From positions 20,994,782-21,058,781 of the forward strand of contig NC_085842.1 of the NCBI RefSeq assembly GCF_035594765.1: DNA of 64,000 nucleotides, read 5' to 3'. This document shows, one piece after another, positions 46,321-59,789 of this stretch (position 1 is the stretch's first letter; each line of letters opens with the position of its first letter). The translations under genes were made by a program, and so were the position numbers. The notes beneath the pieces are model-generated. The model had not been told where the DNA came from and searched no databases. It was given only the letters and a program-made list of their open reading frames with translations. Source of the stretch: Anolis carolinensis (Eukaryota).

Positions 46321-46650
46321 GGTAAAGGTAAAGGTTTCCCCTGACGTTAAATCCAGTCATGTCTGACTCTGGGGGGTTGGTGCTCATCTCCATTTTTAAA
46401 CCGAAGAGCCGGCGTTGTCCATAGACACCTCCAAGGTCATGTGGCCGGCATGACTGCATGGAGCACTGTTACCTTCCCACCGGAGCGGTACCTATTGATG
46501 TACTCACATTGGGATGTTTTCGAACTGCTAGGTTGGCAGAAGCTGGAGCTAACAGCGGGTGCTCACTCCGCTCCCGAGATTTGAACCTGGGACCTTTCGG
46601 TCTGCAAGTTCAGCAGCTCAGTGCTTTAACACTTCGCCACTGGGGCTTCC
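46321..46650 (-). mobile_element. Sauria-type SINE
   Basis: Family match. TSD CTTCCACCATTAG. Confidence 0.9.
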
Positions 46651-47495
46651 ACCATTAGCTGACTCCATTTGGCATACTTTATATAAAGACAGAACCACGC
46701 TTATAATTCTGACCTTCAGTAGTATGTGGCTGGATCTACACTGCCATATAATCTGGATTATCAAAGCAGATAATCCACATTATCTGCTTTGAACCGAAAT
46801 ATATGGGTCTATACTGCCAAACCACCTAGTTCAAAACAGATAATCTGGGTTTTATATAGCAGTATAGAAGGGACCTGAATTTCTTCATGTGGCTCCTTTC
46901 CTGCAAATCCTGGTCCTTTCCTCTGTTGTTTTGCTTCTACACTGCCATATAATCCAGTTTTTCTGATTTTTTTTGCACTATTTCCTGCTCCACCCCCTCA
47001 AATATACAAATAAATGTATACTCATATTCTATATATCTATCCCAATATGGCCTTGGCTATCCTAAGAAGCAAAGCAGCCAATATGTCAATGCTGGTATGA
47101 GTAAATTTGGGCCTTCCTGGTGTTTTGGACTTTTAACTCCCACAATTCCTAACAGCCAGTAGGCTGTTAGGCATTGTGGGAGTTAAAATCCAAAACACCT
47201 GGAAAGCCTAAGTTGGCCCATGCCTGTGATAGATGGAGGTGTGCTCATACAATCATTTCCCACATTCACTTTAGCTGGGGCCAGAACACAAGTAATCTGA
47301 TATGCCATTATGCACACAAAAGTACCTACAAAAATTAACTATTCACAGAAACATACTTTCCAAAAAATTAAAATAACATAAAGGCAATTATATGCTATTA
47401 AAACAGGAACAAGTAGCATTTCATCGTGGAAAGGGTCAGCACTGAGCCATGACAGTTAAAGCGGTGACAAACCACATTAATTCTACAGTGTAGAT

Positions 47496-47628
47496 CAGGC
47501 ATGGGCAAACTTTGGTCCTCCAGGTGTTTTGGACTTCGATTCCACAATTCCTAACATCTTACTGGCTGTTAGAAATTGTGGGAGTTGAAGCCCAAAATAC
47601 CTGGAGGGCCAAAGTTTGCTCATGCCTG
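47496..47628. mobile_element. Short hAT MITE of about 130 bp (CAGGCATGGGCAAA TIR); relatives at about 12473, 15508, 18823, 34567 and 47095
   Basis: Palindromic element with 8-bp TSD GTGTAGAT/ATGTAGAT. Confidence 0.75.
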
Positions 47629-48149
47629 ATGTAGATCCATCCTATATCCTTCAGCACAACTCCAGCAGAAGTCATCTATTTCAATATGCTTTGCTATTAT
47701 CCAGTTTTGTTTGAATGGTACATTCAGGAATGCATCCCCCATGCATATGTGCCCTCAACACAAATGAAGAAGTGGATGAAATATTCAATAATTTATTAAA
47801 AGAAAGAAACAAACAAAGATTTGGGAACAATCCAGTTATTCCAACTGGCTATTGATTCTATCTGGTGAAGACTTTGAATAACAATACTTAGCAGGGTTTT
47901 GGTATAGTAAAGATACATGTGAAGGAGGCTGTTGAGTCCCAATCTTGATCCCAGAGACTTTTGTACCACAACTCCCAGAATTTCTCATTGCGGAGTCTTC
48001 TGGGAGTTGAAGCCCATCATTAACTGGGGACAAAGGTTTGCAAGATATTGACACAGGCCTGGAGAAATGAGGAACAGAAACAAGCATGGGATAACTTTGC
48101 TTTTTCAAGATCAACTCACCGAGGAAACAAAGCTTGAATTCATAGAATC

Positions 48150-48781
48150 ATAAACGCAGCAATGCCCAGGCACGAATCAAGGAACATGAAAGGCGCTGCA
48201 GACTAACTCGACCAGAGAAGTCAGCCATAGCAGAGCACTTGAACCAACCTGGACACAGCATATTATTTGAGAACACAGAAATGCTGGACCACTCTAACAA
48301 CTACCATGTTAGATTGCAAAGAGAAGCCACTGAAATCCCCACAAGCATGTGGACAATTTCAACATAAAGGAGGAAACCATGGAAATGAACAAAATCTGGC
48401 TGCCAGTATTTAAAAACTCTAAAATCAAGACAATGAATAAAGAACAACACTCAGAAAACAAGAGAATTGCAGACAGGAAATAATCAGGGCCAGCTAACAC
48501 ATCCCAACAAAGGATTCCCCCAGACAGCAACCAGCCAGGCATTGAATATGAAAGGCTATTCAATGCTAATAAAGGTGGCCAATTGCAACATTCACCTTTG
48601 CCTCCAACAGACAAGAGTTCTTTCTCCCACCCTGGACCTTCCACAGATATATAAACCCCACTTGCCTAGTTTCCAACAGACCTCACAACCTCTGAGGATG
48701 CCTGCCATAGATGCAGGTGAAACGTCAGGAGAGAATGCTTCTGGAACATGGCCATACAGACTGGAAAACTCACAGCAACCC
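48150..48781 (+). mobile_element. Penelope-like element 3' part (GIY-YIG endonuclease remnant plus UTR)
   Basis: ARIKEHERRCRL..PEKSAIAEH..NQPGHSILFENTEMLD....VRLQREA.EI. Confidence 0.85.
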
Positions 48782-49770
48782 GGCCTCTGGATTGTTTTGG
48801 AATCTGTTTAGCATAGCATACCCTATTTGTAATCTGTATCCAGCTGCAAACAGTTCTACCAGACAAAGTGACTTTAGACCAGGTGACCTTGAACAGCTAA
48901 GGAAACAAGCCCTGTAAAACAACAGAACAAGACAATAAGTTTTCTCCAATATCAACATTTTTGTTTTGTTTTGCTGAAGGGTGAGGTTTGTCCTGTGTCT
49001 CCCTCTGGACTGCTTTTCTTATGTTTGACAACAGTGGCATCTAGTGGACAATTTGAGTCAATTCAGAAATTCCTTTAGGTTGTTGTGTGTTTTCCAGGCT
49101 GTATGGCCATGTTCTAGAAGTATTCTCTCCTGACATTTCACCCACATCTATGTTATTCTGTCCTGATGTTTCGCCCACATCTATGGTATACCTCACAACC
49201 TCTGAGGATGCCTGCCATAGGTGTGGGCGAAACGTCAGGAGATAATGCTTCTGGAACATGGCCATACAGCCAGGAAAAAACACAACAACCCTGTGATTCC
49301 GGTCATGAAAGTCTTCAACAAGAAATTCCTTTATAGATGAACAATTGAATGCACACAAGGGAATAATTCCAGCAAGGCTCTGACTTTTTCTCTCTCCCTA
49401 AAATAAAGTAAAGAAGAAAAGAAAAAAAGTCTTCAATAATAAAGTAACACAGCAAAGAACAGAAATAAAGAGAAAAAAAAAACATATGTGTTGTCAAAGG
49501 CTTTCATGGCTGGGATCACAGGGTTGTTATATGTCTTTCGGGCTGTGTGGCCATGTTCCAGAAGTATTCTCTCCTGACGTTTTGCCCACATCTATGGCAG
49601 GTATCCTCAGAGGTTGCGAGGGATGGTTTTTTAAAAAAAAGCATAGTTTTTTTAATTCATGATTTTCCAACGTTTGTGGGTGCTAATCCCAGCTAATGTG
49701 CAGCAATATGGGCCCTTTGTCACCGGAGCTGCTGTTTTCCCCGTGTGAGATACAAGTCCGCCAGTCTGCA

Positions 49771-50690
49771 TTAAATAGTTCTTTTCAGTCGCACGTGGGT
49801 TTTCTCGTGTTTGCTGACGCCTGCTTTTTGGCTGAACCTCTTCCCGCAATAGCCGCACTTGTAGGGCTTCTCCCCGGTGTGCAGCCGCATGTGGGTCATG
49901 AGGTTCCCCTTCTGGTTGAAGCCCTTCCCGCACTCGGGGCAAACAAAGGGGTTCTCCCCGGTGTGGATTCGCTCGTGGATCACGAGCTTGCACCTCTTTG
50001 GGAAGCTTTTCCCACAGTGGATGCACTTGTGGGGGCTCTCCCCGCGGTGCATGCGCTCATGGATGGTCAGGTACCGCTTCCGGTTGAAGTTCTTCCCGCA
50101 GTCCAGGCACTTGTACGGCCGCTCCCCGGTGTGCGTCCGGACGTGCTCTCGCAGGACCGAAGAGCGGCCAAAGCTCCTGCCGCAGTATGAGCATCGCCAC
50201 GGGGCTTCTCCAGAGTGGACTATCAGGTGATCTTTGAGGCCTGACCCAGAACCAAAGCTTTTCCCACACTTATAGGGGTTTCTCACCCCCGTGTGGGTTA
50301 TCTCGAGGGTCATAAAGTCTTGCGTCTGGAGGAAGTTGCATGCATTCTCTCCAGTGTGAATGTTTTGATCTTTCGTAATGCCCGAGCCCGGCCCAAAGTT
50401 TCTTCTACGTTGGAAGGATGTACTGGCTGCCTCATTATATGGGACGTTTTGCTGTTCTTTGGGTTTCCTCTCCTTGTCGCTCTCTCCTGGACAGACAGTG
50501 TCTCCATTGATACTTTTCTCATGGCTACTCTCTTGATTGCTCATCAGTTCTTGTTCATTTCCAATCATTATTCCCTTCTTAAAGCACTGGAGATCCTGAT
50601 CTCTTGTCAGAGAGTCATCGTGTATTTTCTCTTGGTCCTGATCTTCCTGGTGAACGGTATTCATTTCATTCTCCTGCACCTGGTTGTTAC
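49771..50690 (-). CDS. Gene D terminal exon: 5 intact C2H2 fingers plus degenerate fingers
   Basis: Phase-1 acceptor cctccagcag|GTAAC (NAGNAG), open frame to TAA at 49771. Confidence 0.92.
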
Positions 50691-50912
50691 CTGCTGGAGG
50701 GGAAACCCAGAAATATAGGGTCAGCCCTAGTTAGCAAGTGGATAATGGGAGGTCAATGAATACTTTAGGCTATACTGTATTTCAGAAGCAAAATCACCTT
50801 TGAGTATTCCTTACTCACAAGAATCTGTGATATTCATGGAATGGCCAGAACTTATCAGGGGACTTGAAAGCACACGCAAACTATGTTTCTGTTTATTTTA
50901 TTTTTTAAAGTA

Positions 50913-50946
<34 letters not shown>

Positions 50947-51133
50947 CTTTATTTATATACCACTCCATCTCCTTGAGAAGACTCAGGGTGGTTTCCAATC
51001 ATGTGTGTAAAACAGAACATTGTCAAAACAACATACGACAACAAAACAGGCATACTAAACAGCATCATAGCAACGCAAAACAGTGCAGTTAAAATAGACA
51101 TCCATTACATTCAGTCAGACATAGTTATAGAGC

Positions 51134-51189
<56 letters not shown>

Positions 51190-51211
51190 TAAGTGAGACT
51201 CTACTGTAATA

Positions 51212-51533
51212 CAGTAGAGTCTCACTTATCCAAGCCTCTCTTATCCAAGCTTCTGGATTATCCAAGCCACTTTGTAGTCAATGTTTTCAATATATCGTGA
51301 TATTTTGGTGCTAAATTCGTAAATACAGTAATTACAACATAACATTACTGTGTATTGAACTACTTTTTCTGTCAAATTTGTTGTCTAACATGATGTTTTG
51401 GTGCTTAACTTGTAAAATCATAACCTAAATTGATGTTTAATAGGCTTTTCCTTAATCCCTCCTTATTATCCAAGATATTCGCTTATCCAATCTTCTGCTG
51501 GCCCGTTTGGCTTGGATAAGTGAGACTCTATAG
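51212..51533. mobile_element. CAGTAGAGTCTC-family MITE preceded by an orphan TIR
   Basis: TIRs present. An extra inverted TIR end lies at 51190-51206. Confidence 0.88.
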
Positions 51534-51673
51534 TATTATAATATTTATACCCCACTTTATCTTTCCTAAAGGAGACTCAAAGCGGCTTAACATAAAAGCA
51601 ATAGCATTCAATTTAAAATATACAAATATGCAAACAATAAAACAGAATTAAATACAAACAGTATTAAAATTCA

Positions 51674-51730
<57 letters not shown>

Positions 51731-52763
51731 AGCTGCCTTGAATCCCATTTCAGGAAAATGTCAGGACCGGGCTTTAGCACAGCAGGTTAACCACCAGCTG
51801 CAATAAATCTTTTCAATTTGAAAGGTTGGCAGTTCGAAGCCCGGGTTGGGTGATCACCCAATCTTCAGCCCAGCTCACTGCCCACCTAGCAGATCGAAAA
51901 CAGCTGTGAGTAGATAAATAGGTGCGGCTTAACCAGGAAGGTATTTTAATGACACCACAAGGAAAGACCAGAAAAATGCCGGAGATCAAAGAAAGGAGGA
52001 AGTCTGTGAACAGGGGCTCTTCGATATGGAGGATGGAGTGACAGCACCCCCGCCCCCCATCCCCGTGTCCGGAACTGAACACAACCTGCAGGATGGCAAA
52101 AGTGGGAAATGCCTATATACCGCTATCTGTACTGTTGTCTGTCCTGTCTAACAGCATTGAATGTTTGCCGTATATGTGTTCTGTGATCCCCGAGTCTCCT
52201 TTAGGGTGAGAAGGGTGGAATATAAATACTGTAAATAAATAAATAATCCTTAGTAGACTTGATGAAGTCAACTTTAAACCCACCACTGCTTAAATAATGT
52301 TTTCATCTTAAAAGCGACTCAGGGCGAGTTTTCCGAACACCACCTAATGCCTGTTTTAGACATTTACACGAATCTCTTTGTGCAGTGTTTACAGTTTACA
52401 GCTCTGAAGAAGCTGTACTTCATAAAAAAAAGGAAAATCAGCCTTGCAAATGTTGATTTGTTATCAATCAATGTTTGATTTTTATACCTATTTTATATAG
52501 CTATATACTCGGGGTCATTCCACAGGCCGAAAGGGGTCACGAGTGAAAGAGTTTAAGAAGCCCTGACTTAGGGGGCCAAAGGTTGGGACCAAGGGTCAAG
52601 GCCATCTTAACCAGCAACGTCTGAGACAAAATGTAGACACGTAACTCAACATCATACCCTTGCCTGATGAAGAAGTCAGTTTCAAAAGCTAGCATGATGT
52701 ATTTTGTGCTTTTTGGTTGGCCTAATGAAAGTACCACTGTTTCGTGGATTTTGGAATGTTGTT

Positions 52764-52820
<57 letters not shown>

Positions 52821-53502
52821 GAGATCATGAGTTCTAGACCAGCCCGTGTCGGGGTGAGCACCCGACAATTAAAAATAAAATATAGCCCCTGATCATTGCT
52901 GACCTAAGCAACCTGAAAGATAGTTGCATCTATCAAATAGGAATTTAGGTACCACTTATATGTGGGGAGGCTAATTTACGACACCATAAAAATAATCTAG
53001 CCGCCGTCGGAATGAGGAAGTTGCTGTTGCAGTGGATGATGAAGCAGCTGCTCCCCCTGTGGCCGGTATCAAGCATACCCTCAGGAAGCTGGAAGATGGA
53101 GATGGTTTAAATTGCCTCTGCGTCTGTCTCTGTCTCTGTTCTATGTTATATGGCATCGAATATTTGCCTTATATGTGTACAATGTGCTCCGCCCTGAGTC
53201 CCCTTCGGGGTGAGAAGGGTGGAATATAAATACTGTAAATAAATAAATAAATAATAAACAACATACAATAAAATACAGTGGTATAAAATACACAGCAGAG
53301 TAATATATCAACTCTACAACACAACTTCACAGAATAAAGAGCATGGCCATGAAAAAAGGCAATATCATGGACTTCAATCTGCAGTCTTGGGGAGAGGAAT
53401 AATTATATTAATTATAATTATAAAATGACTGTGTATTTGCTGAAGAAGACAAGGGAGAAAAAGAAACTTTCAGAGAATACCCCGAGAGCTGCAAATCCTT
53501 AC

Positions 53503-53623
53503 CTAGCAGTCTTGCCTCTTCATCCTGCGTTTCTTTGGAGAGTTGTGCCGTCAAAGACTCCAACAGCGGAACCTGATTTGCCTCAGAAGAATCCATGTTC
53601 ATCTCCAGAAATGGGTCCGACAA
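53503..53623 (-). CDS. Gene D linker exon
   Basis: Acceptor ctcactgtttcag|, 121 nt open (LSDPFLEMNMD...EEARLL), phase 0 to 1, donor TAG|GTAAGG. Confidence 0.82.
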
Positions 53624-54699
53624 CTGAAACAGTGAGAAAAGTGACCTGAGTATTGCGTTACAACTCTGTTCAGCCTTTGAACTCACTTGTGCAAGTCACA
53701 CTCCTTCAGCCTCAGAGTGAGGCAAAAGCAATCCCCTTCTGAACAAATCCTGCCAAGAAAACCCCATGAGAGGGTTGCTTAGGGTTGCTAGAAGTCGGAA
53801 TGACTTAGAGGCACATAACAACAAAAAACCCAAAACAGCAGCAAGGAGATCATGCAGACAACATGAAGAAGTGCACACAGAGATTCTGCTCCAGTGTGTC
53901 CTGACATCAAAGAAATGAATGGGACAGCAATTGTGACACAGTTTCTTTCACTGCAAGTAATTTCCAGGTCTTCCAGTACCATTCTACGGTCAACTTCTGC
54001 CAGATGTGCCAGAGGACTGAGAGTGCATCTACACTGTAAAATTAATGCAGTTTTGCATCACTTTGAATTGCCATGGCTCAATGCTATGGTATCCTGGAAG
54101 TTGTAGTTCTATAAAATGTTTCGCTTGCTGGTGCCTCACCAAACTACATTAATTCCACAGTGTAAGATACGCCCATAGGCTTCCAGGTTTTGGCAGCAGG
54201 GAAGAACAATTTCACAAGTGCTTCTGTTATGTCTTTGTCAGAATCTCCTAGCAAATACACCCAGCTAATAGTTTAGAAATCTACCTGGGAACTTAAGTAG
54301 AGGAGATATAATTAGTCTCAATTTCTCATCCTTATAAAAGATACATGGAAAAAATAACTATTTTTAATAACTTGATATAGACACAGGGTCTACTCCCATC
54401 CCAATTTGCACTTCCAAGAATTTGCAGCACTTTACCAGTCACCTCGTGTTTACAATATTTATATGGTGTACCTTACCCAGTCTACTTTTACAACCTCTCC
54501 ATTTTAATCCATGTTTTTATTAGTTTTTGTCATTTATTTTTATTGGGTAATGTTTAAACTTTTATAATTGTGCATGTCTCTTGTCTATTGTTGTGTTTTA
54601 TATTGCTATTGTTTTTATTCAGGCTTGGCCCCATGTAAGCCGCCCTGAGTCCCCTTTGGGGAGATAGAGGCGGGTATAAAAATAAAGTTGTTGTTGTTG

Positions 54700-54737
<38 letters not shown>

Positions 54738-54950
54738 CAAAGAGTGCTGGTACAAAAACTACACCTCCCAAGAATCCATAGTATTGTGACATAGGAGTTA
54801 AAGTGGTATCAAACCAATGTCAAACTACATTCATTCTACAGTGTAGCTGTACCTTTGGAAATCCTAGAGAGAATACCAAATCTGCAAATAATCAAACCTG
54901 AAAAAGTTAAATCCACAATGTGGCTGACCAACTAACTGCAAATTCATGTA

Positions 54951-55296
54951 CAGTATTCCCTCACTACTTTGCGGTTTGCTTTTCGCAGATTTGCTGTTTC
55001 GTGGGTTTTTCAATAAACTCTAAAAGACTATTATAAATCATAAAAAATTACAATTTACAGCCTAAGGAAGGGAGGAAGGAGAAGCCAAAGGGAGAAAAAA
55101 TGAGCCCAAGCGGCAATGAGAGGAGAAGGAGGTGATTTATCAACATACAATTGGTTGATGAAGACTTAAAATAGTGTATAACTTCCAAAATAATGTATAA
55201 ATATTAAAATAAATATAGTGTCCCTACTTCACGGATTTTCACTTATTGCAGGTGGTCCTGGAACCTCTAACCCCTGCGATAAGTTAGGGAACACTA
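54951..55296. mobile_element. Tc1/pogo-type MITE (same family as 16032-16358)
   Basis: Reverse-complement match and TIRs. Confidence 0.8.
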
Positions 55297-55343
55297 TACA
55301 GAAAAGTAAAAGTAACTACCCGTATATATGTATGTTTGTAAAT

Positions 55344-55877
55344 ACTGTATATACTTGAGTATAAGCATAGTTTTTCAGCCCTTTTTTAGGACTGAAAAAT
55401 ACCCTCCTCAGCTTAGGTGAGGGTCCTGGTGGGCTTATATTCAGGTCGGCTTATACTCAAGTATATATTGTATATTTATTATTTTTCTCTATTGTTATTG
55501 GTATTGTTACCTATATTACTCTATTAATTGTTATTACATTTATTATTTTACTCTGTTATTGTTGTTACTTTTACACTTATTTTTCTCTATTTTTATTATT
55601 ATTCATACATTTATTATTTTACTGTTATTATTAAAAGGATACATAAGCACATTTACATTGAAGAAGATGAAAATAATGATTTAATCAGAGTTGAGCAGTC
55701 ATATCTTAAATTACAGTTTCATGTAAAGATTCAAAAACATTTAAACTACTGATGCCTCAATTAATGTAATTTTATTGGTATCTCGGCTTATACTGGAGTC
55801 AATTTTTCCCAGGGTTTTTTTGGTGGTAAATTAGGTGCCTCGGCTTATATTCAGGTCGGCTTATTCTCGAGTACGGT
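55344..55877. mobile_element. Tc1/Tc2-like MITE
   Basis: Termini resemble CCGTATATACTCGAGTATAAG, with repeated TCGGCTTATA subterminal motifs and TA flanks. Confidence 0.55.
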
Positions 55878-56083
55878 AAGGTGGTTGGTTGGTTTGTACC
55901 ATGAAGGTCCTCCATGGCTTGATGGGCTTGGGCCAAGATTGGCACACATATTCTTTATTATCTAGCTTAAAATAATAGAGGGGTTTGGACTAAAAGAACC
56001 ACCTGTTCGGGGCCCAGAACAGAGGGAAATAAAAAGGCAGGTTAGTGCCTCCGACACCAGGCAATGCCAGGTATAAACGCTAG

Positions 56084-56590
56084 TCTATATATATAAAAGA
56101 GTGATGGAATCCTGGTGACTGCCAAAACAACAAAACTAAACACCTCACAACCTCGAAAATTGACAACACAACCCCTCATCCATGCCTCTAGGTTGATACA
56201 ACAAAAAGAAAAGAAAAATAAAGTTTTAATTAGAGGGAGAGGAATAATTGTTTTTATCCAATTGCTGCCAGTTAGAAGGCTAAGCTCTGCCCACTTGGTC
56301 TCCTAGCAACCCACTCACCCAGGGGACAGGCAGAGTTAGGCCTCACTTAGGCCTCTTCCACACTGCCTATAAAATACAGATGATCGGATTTTAACTGAAT
56401 TAGACGGCAGTGTAGACCCAAGGCCCTTCCACACAGCTATATAACCCATATAATCTTATATTATCTTCTCTAACTGGATTATCTGGACTCCACACCTTTA
56501 CCCTTTACCTTAACTACCACCAATTCCTCAATACTTTATTTCCCATACCACCAGACTTCGCCACAGCAACGCGTGGCCGGGCACAGCTAG
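56084..56590 (+). mobile_element. Non-autonomous Helitron
   Basis: 5' TCTATATATATAAA, 3' GC hairpin (GCCACAGCAACGCGTGGC) then CTAG|T, no TSD. Confidence 0.8.
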
Positions 56591-56642
56591 TTACATAAAT
56601 AAATTGAAGAGGTGAATGATTCATACATGTAGACTCTCTCAC

Positions 56643-57362
56643 CTTTTGTTCTGGTTTCTTAATCTCGTGCCATGTCACCAGGAAGTCCTCTGCCAAAGCA
56701 ACGGCCTGGGTGCAGGACTCCGGTTTCCGATCCCTGACCCAGTTCTGCATGGCTGTTGGTAGGATGCTGAGGAACTGCTCCAGGATCAGCAGCTCCAAGA
56801 TCTCGTCCTTGGTGTGCCTCTCGACCTTCAGCCACTGGCGGCAAAGCTCCCGGAGCTGCCCGTACACCGCTCTGGGCCCCTCCGCCTCCCGATAGCGGAG
56901 CTGCCGGAAGTGCCGGCGCTGCCTCTCCCGCGCCATGGCTTCTCCTTCCAAGATCACAGTCTTCACCTTGCCATAGTCCCCCCGGTCTTGGGAACTGAGG
57001 GTGCTGAAGGCTTGCTCGGCCTCTCCGCTGAGGGCTGGCTGGAGGAAGGCCACCCATTTGTCCCGAGGCCAATGGCAAGCAGACGCAACCTGCTCGAAAG
57101 AGGCCAGGAAAGTCTTTGCGTCGTCCCACGGTGCGGGCTCTGCAGAGACCCAAACGCCAGGAGCTTGCAGCGCCCTCAGGAACTCCTGCCACTGGGCTTC
57201 CCAGAGGTCCTGTAGCCCCTCCACCGGCTCACGTTTTATGGGGCATGGAGATGCCTGCACCAAGGACTCCCGTGAACCCCCTATAGGTCCAACTCGTGGG
57301 TCTTTTGCTACTTGGTTCCTTCCTTCCCAAGCTTTAGAGCTTGTGTTGTCTTGCTCCTCCAT
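56643..57362 (-). CDS. Gene D first coding exon: gag-capsid-like extension plus SCAN domain
   Basis: [42 protein letters not shown]...DYGKVK, then SCAN ([16 protein letters not shown]...LCRQWL...[11 protein letters not shown]). Acceptor before 57562, phase-0 donor AAG|GTGAGA. The three exons sum to 1761 nt, i.e. 586 aa. Confidence 0.9.
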
Positions 57363-57608
57363 TGCAAAAACTGGAGCCTGGCTGCTCCTTTCTTCTCCTG
57401 GTTCTCTCCTCCTTCTAGCTGTCCTTCAAGTTTGGCAGAATTTGCACCCTTTCAAGGGAGCGCTTCCTTTGAAGTTGATGGCAAATTGTTGGAAAGACTG
57501 TTTTCTGGACTGATCCCACAGCCAAATATCAATGCTTTCCGAATCAGAGAGTGGGGATTCTCCTGTAAGTAAAAGATAAGAGAGGAGGCATGTTAATAGT
57601 TGAATAAC

Positions 57609-57658
<50 letters not shown>

Positions 57659-57659
57659 T

Positions 57660-58173
57660 TATTGTATGACACAGCAAACAAGATAGACATGCTGGATTTC
57701 ATATCACAAAATCACAAGTCGAACACTTCCCAAGTGTCTTGGACTGTGTGATGTATTTTCGGATGATGCGTGCAGATCCCAGTAGGGTGGCCTTTTGCCA
57801 TTGGCAGATCGTGATTTTGTCAATGTCTATTGTTTCCAAATGCCGGCTGAGATCTTTTGGCACGGCACCCAATGCGCCGATCACCACCGGGACCACCTGC
57901 ACTGGTTTCTGCCATAGTCTTTGAAGTTCAATCTTGAGGTCCTGATAGCGGCTGAGTTTTTCCTGTTGTTTTTCGTCAATGCGACTGTCACCTGGGATGG
58001 CAACATCAATGATCCAAACCTTTTTCTTTTCCACAACTGTGATGTCTGGTGTTTTGTGTTCCAGAACTTTGTCAGTCTGGATTCGGAAGTCCCACAGTAT
58101 CTTTGCATGCTCATTTTCCAATACTTTTGCAGATTTGTGATCCCACCAGTTCTTTGCTGCTGGGAGGTGGTAC

Positions 58174-58174
<1 letters not shown>
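57660..58174 (-). mobile_element. R4/Dong-clade non-LTR retrotransposon, 5'-truncated
   Basis: Restriction-like endonuclease motif PDITVVEK...IIDVAIP...EK..RY, (TAA)n tail. Confidence 0.85.
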
Positions 58175-58235
<61 letters not shown>

Positions 58236-58404
58236 TCATTCTATTCATTTCTATCCCGCTTTTCTCCCACGGGTAGGATTCAAAGCAGCGAAAGACTTAT
58301 CAAAGACTCTATGTAGAGATGGTTCAAATCAAGTTTATCCACAACAATATATATCCAAGAAACAAATCTTGGTTTTGGAATTTTATGTAACAATCATCAG
58401 TCTC

Positions 58405-58985
58405 CATTGCTGTGAGTCTTCCGGGCTGTCTGGCCATGTTCTAGAAGCATTCTCTCCTGATTGTTTCGCCCACATCTATGGCAGGCATCCTCAAGAGGTT
58501 GTGAGGTTTGGGCAAGTGGAGTTTATAGATCTGTGGAATAATGTCCAGGGTGGGAGAAAGAACTCTTGTCTGCCTGAGGCAAGTGTGAATGTTGTAATTG
58601 GTCACTTTGATTAGCACTGAATGGCCTTACAGCTTCAAAGCTTGGGTGCTTCCTGCCTAGAGGAATCCTGTGGTGGGAGGTGATTAGGTGGTCCTGATTG
58701 TTTGCTGTCTGAATTCCCCCGCTTTTGAGTATGGTTCAAAGCTTGGCAGGAAGCAATCAAGCTCTGAAGCTGCAAGGCTATTCAATCAAGATGTTAATCA
58801 AGATGCCTCAGGCAGACAAGAGTTCTTTCTCCCACCCTGGACCTTCCACTGATATATAAACCCAACTTGCCTAGTTTCCAACAAACCTCACAACCTGAGG
58901 ATGCCTGCCATAGATGTGGGCGAAACATCAGGAAAGAATGCTTCTGGAACATGGCCATACAGCCTGGAAAACTCACAGCAACCCT
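58405..58985. mobile_element. Inverted pair of Penelope-like 3' fragments
   Basis: 58405-58730 on minus and 58745-58985 on plus. Confidence 0.75.
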
Positions 58986-59789
58986 GTATTTCATATATTT
59001 ATAGCAGAAGGTAACAAATTTATTACTGAAAACCATGCCACAAAGTTATTTGACTTTTTCCATCTGAGCCACACCTGGGCTAGAGAATTAACGACTTTCC
59101 TAATGGTTTCCCATCTCAGTTAACGACTCACATACAAAAGAGACTCCTTTTTGAGCTGAGAAACATTTACATATATAGGCTAAAGGTTAGCCAAGAAAAA
59201 CATTATGCTTTATAATCTTTCCCTTGCCATTCATTTCCTCTGCTAGGAGAGACCCCCAAATCTTTGATCTCGACTTCAAACTGGCTGGGATTTCTGGGAG
59301 TTGTAGGCCAAAAACTAAGACTCTGCTCTGCACTTTATCAACTCCCTGGCCCTATGATACTCTCATGCACAAGTTTTTACTACCCCTTAAATTGAACATA
59401 ATTGAACATGTCTACCTTGAAGTCCTGTTTACTGGCACAGTACTTGTTCCCTTGATGGAGTATATTGAATTGGATTTGTAATTTTGTGTCTGTTTTTATA
59501 GAATTGTTTGGTTCTGTCTTATGATGTTGTTTATCATGTTTACTATGTTTAACTTTGTTGTATGTCATCTTTGACAATTGAATGTTTTTGATATTCATGT
59601 TGGAAACCACACTTTATTGACACAAAGACAGAGCACGACACAGCAAACGAGATATATATACATATGTGTGTATATACACACACACACACTGGATTTCGTA
59701 TCCCAAAATCACAAGTCAAACACTTCCCAAGTGTTTAGGACAGTGTGATGTATTTTTGGATGATGCACACAGATCCCGAAAATACATCA

